This document shows, piece by piece, positions 24,582-34,589 of a stretch of DNA of 34,589 bases. The stretch is from Collodictyon triciliatum. Lineage: Eukaryota. The notes under the pieces were generated by a model. That model made no database searches. It was not told the origin of the DNA and saw only the letters and a list, made by a program, of their open reading frames with translations. Both the position numbers and the translations under genes were made by a program. Positions within the stretch are counted from its first letter, which is position 1. Each line of letters begins with the position of its first letter. The stretch is from NCBI GenBank assembly GCA_043381765.1, contig JBHJMP010000217.1, forward strand, positions 1 through 34,589. The letters are read 5' to 3'.

Positions 24582-24646
24582 AGATCACAAACTCTGTACT
24601 GGGAGACGAGGTTTTCAAGAAACCGGCGGTCACGTCCAAGCGCCAT
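17773..24646 (-). CDS. PIBF1: PIBF1/CEP90 centriolar coiled-coil protein (~800 aa, ~27 exons)
   Basis: Spliced exons include LKMKSFETER, KKMEVLTSEYYKLQ, KLNSYEMLERELDE, VPTTAKRRMRQNIRLAKK and QQPYSYLVESI, matching conserved PIBF1 motifs (e.g. VPTTAKRRLKQS..LA, QPY.YLIES). The 5' exons (MALGRDRR..., TIGEPEAR...) are inferred only from phase compatibility, so the start is less certain. Confidence 0.88.
19101..19196. repeat. (AAAAAT)16 repeat in a PIBF1 intron, abutting an N gap
   Basis: Read directly. Confidence 0.95.
22973..23093. repeat. Compound repeat: short (ATTAAC)n grading into (AATAATCAT)10, in a PIBF1 intron
   Basis: The 9-bp unit spans 23004-23093; three to four hexamer units precede it. 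Confidence 0.9.
23798..23842. repeat. (ATT)15 microsatellite in a PIBF1 intron
   Basis: Read directly. Confidence 0.95.
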
Positions 24647-24783
24647 AACAATTCTCTGATACTCACAGAGCAAGAAAGAAGTAGAAGCCTTGGGGAGAAA
24701 CCACACACGTTGGAATATGAGAACAAAACTCTCATTGATATTAACAGGTGTTTTTACACTATTATCCCTTCAAGGTGAAAGGG

Positions 24784-24932
<149 letters not shown>

Positions 24933-25872
24933 AGAAAAAAAAAAGAAGTTTTCCACTCTTATCTCGAGGATTCAACTTCTCCACGATGTACTTTGGATTT
25001 GGTGGTTCGTAGCAAAGCGACTGCGTTTCTTGACACAAACCTTCTTCGCAAAAGACTCTTTGCCTCAGAACACACAGAAATGCGGATGGGTAGAAAAGCC
25101 AAAACAGACACAAAGCCCGATCGCAAAGGCGACATCACGCGAAGCAATCACACACGAACCCGCTCATGACAAATTTGAAAGTTTGAAAGTTGCAGGTTTG
25201 AATCAATTCATTTTTGTATGCTTGTATAAATTTCATTAAATTATTATATCTATCATTAACAATAAAATTATTGCAATAATGTAGAGGTAAAACAAAATAT
25301 ATAATATATTCCAGTTAAGTAAATATCATAATCACTTTTTTTTTCTGTGGTTTTTGTTTTTTTTTGTTTTGGATTCCAGTCTCCGTGAATCTCAAAGGCT
25401 TCTGGAGTTTTTTTTTTTCCTTTATTCGATTCAAAAAGGCTTCTGAGCTAAACCCTTGTAAGCGAGTGGAGCGAAATAAAAACTTTGTGAGAACCCACCA
25501 GCATAATTATCTTTGATGCGCTTGTTCTACTTTCCTTCCAGACAGCAAAGAACAAGATTACTGATAATATCTGACTCAAACCGTGAAAATCAGTCGTCTA
25601 AACAATTTTTTTTTTCCTTTCAGGAAGCACTCTCCTTTCTCAGTCCCCTTTCGTGCAAAACCTCAGATTCGCCTTCATGCATATTGTCCATACTATTCTA
25701 TGCATCGATTATTTCAGATTAAGACTGAAAAAGTTGTAATAAACACAAACCCGCCGATTATGCTTCCAGCCTCCGATTTCTTCCTTTGGTTGGAACGATC
25801 ACAGACCTCATTTTTTTCAATTAAATCGCCAGTCATATTCTGATTAATCGGTATTTACAGCTATAGATTCAC

Positions 25873-25923
25873 ATGTCCGACTTCCATTCCTCTCAACGCT
25901 TGGTGGAGTTTCAGGTTAATTTT

Positions 25924-25954
<31 letters not shown>

Positions 25955-28411
25955 TGTTTGTTTTTTTGTTCCGTGATACAACCTCTCATTATGGCGTGCA
26001 CTTGCCTAGCTATTCGCTCTTGTATTTGAACTTTGGGATCTCCTTACTTTATAGGCGGTAATTCTTGCGGCTGGGAAAGGTCACTACCTTTACCCATTGA
26101 CAGAGAAGATCCCCAAGTCGCTTCTACCCGTTGCCAATCGACCGCTCATATCATATACTCTCTCATTACTCGAGAATGCCGGATTCACAGGTATTTCCAG
26201 AGGCACTTTCCTGCCTGCCCATGTATCTGCAGTTGAATGGATGCTTTTAAATTATTATTCTTTTTGCTTATATCCTCTGTCAACGAAAGAAGTATATCTT
26301 TTAAGATTGGGATAAAAATTTCACATAAGCAAAAACTAAGTACCTCATTTACATGGACATATTTTTATTTATTGAGAAGCCACTACTTTTCTCAACACCC
26401 TCGTAAATAGATGTAATCATCATCACTACTCAAGCTGCTCAGCCGGCAATAAAACATATGATGACCGAAAAATATGGACATCGCATTCGTCCTCATTTTA
26501 AAATTGTGGACGAGAAAATTAGTTCTGCCTGTGCGCTTCTACATGCTAAGGACATGATTAAAGTAAGAGCCCTGAGCCAATATGGATGTTCTTTTTGTTT
26601 CCTTTATTCGATTCAAAGAATATTTCCATTTCGTAAAAGTGTCCATGAACACCATTGGACTTACAAATCCGCTGCAGACGGATTTTTTCGTCCTCAGTAC
26701 CGACACGATTACCTCTGTGCCTCTTCAAGTGCTTGCAGATTCCCATCGCATCCATCAGTCAACTGTTACCATGCTCTTGCGAGATAAACATGTCGAAGAA
26801 AAATCATCGTCGACAAAAAAGGCAGACTCTTCCAGTGACGACATCGATTATGTTGCTTATGGTTGGGAGTTGTCGACTATATTTCTCTTGATCTCAATAA
26901 TAATAACTCATCCCAAAACTTTTGCTTCTATTAGATTCATCCACGAATCGTATTGCATTCATCCAAAATGCGGACCAGATTCAAACAGATGAGATTCAGA
27001 TACCGAGCAAAATTCTGCACAAGTTGTCTTTATGAAAATCTACACGATATACTTTTAAATTTCTATGATTTATTTGATGAGTAGATTATTTCAAATCAGA
27101 CACTTTACTTGCAATAAGTTGATAAATATCGGTAGGATGCCCAACGTTGTTTTCAATGCAAAGACTCAGGATATGCATGTGTACATCTTCTCTCGATGGG
27201 TCTTGGATTTAATCGAGCTAAATCCACGGTTGGAGAGTATCCGTCTTAATCTTATCCCATACCTGGTCAAGAAGCAGTTTTCAAACTTTAGCGTGGCTGG
27301 AAATCGAGCAAAGTTACCCGATAGTGCTTTTGAAAACAAGGGTTCAATGGTGTCGAATTGGACACACCTGCAATCATTCCGAGATAGCCTCGGCGAAGTT
27401 GTCAAATGTTACGGACACATAACTAAAGAGGGTATATCTTACCGTGTCAATACACCTGAAGTCTACTTTGAAACAGTCCGCGATGTATGTTACCGTTGAT
27501 TTAACCAAGGAAATCATTATTACTTTTATTTTCAATATGCTCATTTGTCTGATTTCTTTTTTCACTCAACCATTAAGCTTCTTTCTTTTCTTTCTCCTCT
27601 CATAATTCTATACAGTTATCGAAAATCATGGAGGTATATCCTCCTTGGGAAAACATTCAACCAGGAAAAGACAAAGTCGACAAATTTGTTGACCAAACAG
27701 TCGATCTCCACCAGCGCTCTACTGTATGTATTTCTTTGGTAGCTTCGGTATTTTTGTTCTTAATTTATGGTTAAAATATCTTTTGTTACGACCATCACCA
27801 AAAAGATAAATATATGGTTATTTCGCACAGATCGGGCCTGAGTGCGTTGTTGGAGCAAACACAAAAATTGGAGAACGCAGCAGTGTCAAGAAATCTACCA
27901 TCGGCCCCCAGTGCGTCATAGGGAACAATGTGAAAATTACAAACTCAATAATCATGTCTCACGTCAGAATTCAAGACGGGTGAGTTTTTTTATTACCCCT
28001 TTCATAACTTTGCCCCCGCCCCAACCCCCACCCCCAGATTTTTTTTATATTCGCCTCTTAGTCAAGTATTTCGAACAGAAATAGCAGAATATAAGCATGT
28101 AATATATAATCAAACCTTTTAGATGCACTATCACTGGTACCATTATATGTAATGACTCGAGCATCCAAGAAAAATGCTCATTGAAGGATTGTCAGATTGG
28201 AAGTTCCTGCACAGTTGAGGCAGAAAGTATGTACATTTCAGATGTCTTTTACCGCCTCACATATGTATCAGGAGAAGAAAAAAAAAACAACTATAGAATG
28301 ACACCAATATATTTCAACTGTGTATCAGCGTAAAGTTGCGCGCAAACATTTTCTCAGCTTCTTCATATCTACGTAGCTGATTTGAAGGAAGAGTCCCTGG
28401 TGCAGTACTAG
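25873..28411 (+). CDS. EIF2B3: Translation initiation factor eIF2B subunit gamma, 10 exons
   Basis: EFQ|AVILAAGKGHYLYPLTEKIPKSLLPVANRPLISY nucleotidyltransferase-like N-terminus, TDFFVLSTD, DMHVYIFSRWVLD, SIRLNLIPYLVKKQF, RVNT, and a C-terminal left-handed beta-helix (IGPECVVGANTKIGERSSVKKSTIGPQCVIGNNVKITNSIIM). There is no W2 domain, so gamma rather than epsilon. TAG at 28409-28411. Confidence 0.9.
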
Positions 28412-28888
28412 GTTCACCACGTGATGCTGTTTCTTTTTTATGGCAAGGAACACTCACATAAATAGGAAAAGTAAAAGCGATACGCCATCTCATCTTTCAC
28501 GAGACCTTCCTTCGTAATTTCGAGAAGGTGCTTTTTCTTTCTTTCGTAAAATAAAGAAGAAAAATGGAAACATTTTCGCCTCTTAACCAAGTACGGCCCT
28601 CGACCAATTTGCTGCCTATATCCTCTTCTCTCTTCCTTTTCTTTTTATTTTCTGTCCCCCTCTCTCTCGAGAAACAATAAACCAAGTCAAGGAATGAAGC
28701 ACGAGAAACAGTTCGCCTCTGTCATCAAACAATATAGCAATCCATCTGTTTTTAGTCGCCATTCATCACGGTGTGTCCTTTTTAATGAATCCATCTCATC
28801 GAATAGTTCGCAGAGTATCGCAAAGCATTTGAAGCTGCAAACTACGACAGAGTATATTCTCTCTCGTTTTATTGCGAAAGCAAATCCT

Positions 28889-34092
<5,204 letters not shown>

Positions 34093-34245
34093 TCTGCGTC
34101 CTGCAGCACCGCCTGCAAAACTTGTGTGTGGGGCGTCAGTTAGATTCTCTAAGGCCAAGCGATCCTGGTCTGCCTGTCATCTGGGTGTGGTTGGAAACAA
34201 AAGAGAAAAAAAGGCGATTTGACGCGGGTGAATTATTCCTACCGC

Positions 34246-34250
34246 AAAAA
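34246..34250 (-). terminator. Pol III terminator (T5) of the tRNA-Asn gene
   Basis: TTTTT on the minus strand starting 8 nt after the tRNA discriminator base. Confidence 0.7.
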
Positions 34251-34257
34251 TTCTTTC

Positions 34258-34274
34258 CGCTCCCAGGTGGGCTC

Positions 34275-34311
<37 letters not shown>

Positions 34312-34330
34312 CCGGTTGCGCCATGGAAGC
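34258..34330 (-). tRNA. tRNA-Asn (anticodon GTT), intronless, 73 nt
   Basis: Minus strand reads GCTTCCA TG GCGC AACCGGTA GCGC G TTCGG CTGTTAA CCGAA AGGTT GGTGG TTCGAGC CCACC TGGGAGC G: a complete cloverleaf with A and B boxes and discriminator G. Confidence 0.97.
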
Positions 34331-34357
34331 TTCATGTTTTCAATGAAGGATATAAAA

Positions 34358-34589
34358 TATATAATCTATATAATGTTATTTGTACAATGATATATAATCT
34401 TTTTAATGTTATTTGTACAATGATATATAATCTATATAATGTTATTTGTACAATGATATATAATCTATATAATGTTATTTGTACAATGATATATAATCTA
34501 TATAATGTTATTTGTACAATTATATATAATCTATATAATGTTATTTGTACAATGATATATAATCTATATAATGTTATTTGTACAATGAT
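34358..34589. repeat. 33-bp AT-rich minisatellite, at least 7 copies, truncated by the window end
   Basis: Unit TATATAATCTATATAATGTTATTTGTACAATGA repeated head-to-tail with only a few substitutions and no spacers. Confidence 0.95.

Noticed and set aside
34358..34589. CRISPR-like array
   Set aside because: The units are contiguous with no unique spacers, the context is eukaryotic, and no cas genes are present.

Overview
Eukaryotic, AT-rich, very intron-dense genomic window from a flagellated organism (lineage not determinable from the sequence alone). The standard genetic code fits throughout. I spliced five protein genes by hand using GT-AG junctions with consistent phases, about 99 introns in total. 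(1) A ~2200-aa plus-strand protein with an IQCE-like N-terminal coiled coil and a giant acidic, repetitive last exon (907-10882). (2) CCDC39 (minus, 11255-16346). (3) PIBF1/CEP90 (minus, 17773-24646). (4) eIF2B gamma (plus, 25873-28411). (5) A ~750-aa divergent galactokinase-family (GHMP) sugar kinase (minus, 28889-34092). A tRNA-Asn(GTT) gene lies just upstream of the kinase on the same strand and is followed by a 33-bp minisatellite running off the window. Many intronic microsatellites and four assembly gaps are present. The most notable points are three adjacent cilium/centriole genes, a sugar kinase with an altered substrate pocket and large insertions, degenerate splice signals, and the compact minisatellite-tRNA-kinase arrangement. 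Gene models are manual and lack transcript support; family calls rest on recalled motifs, not database searches.
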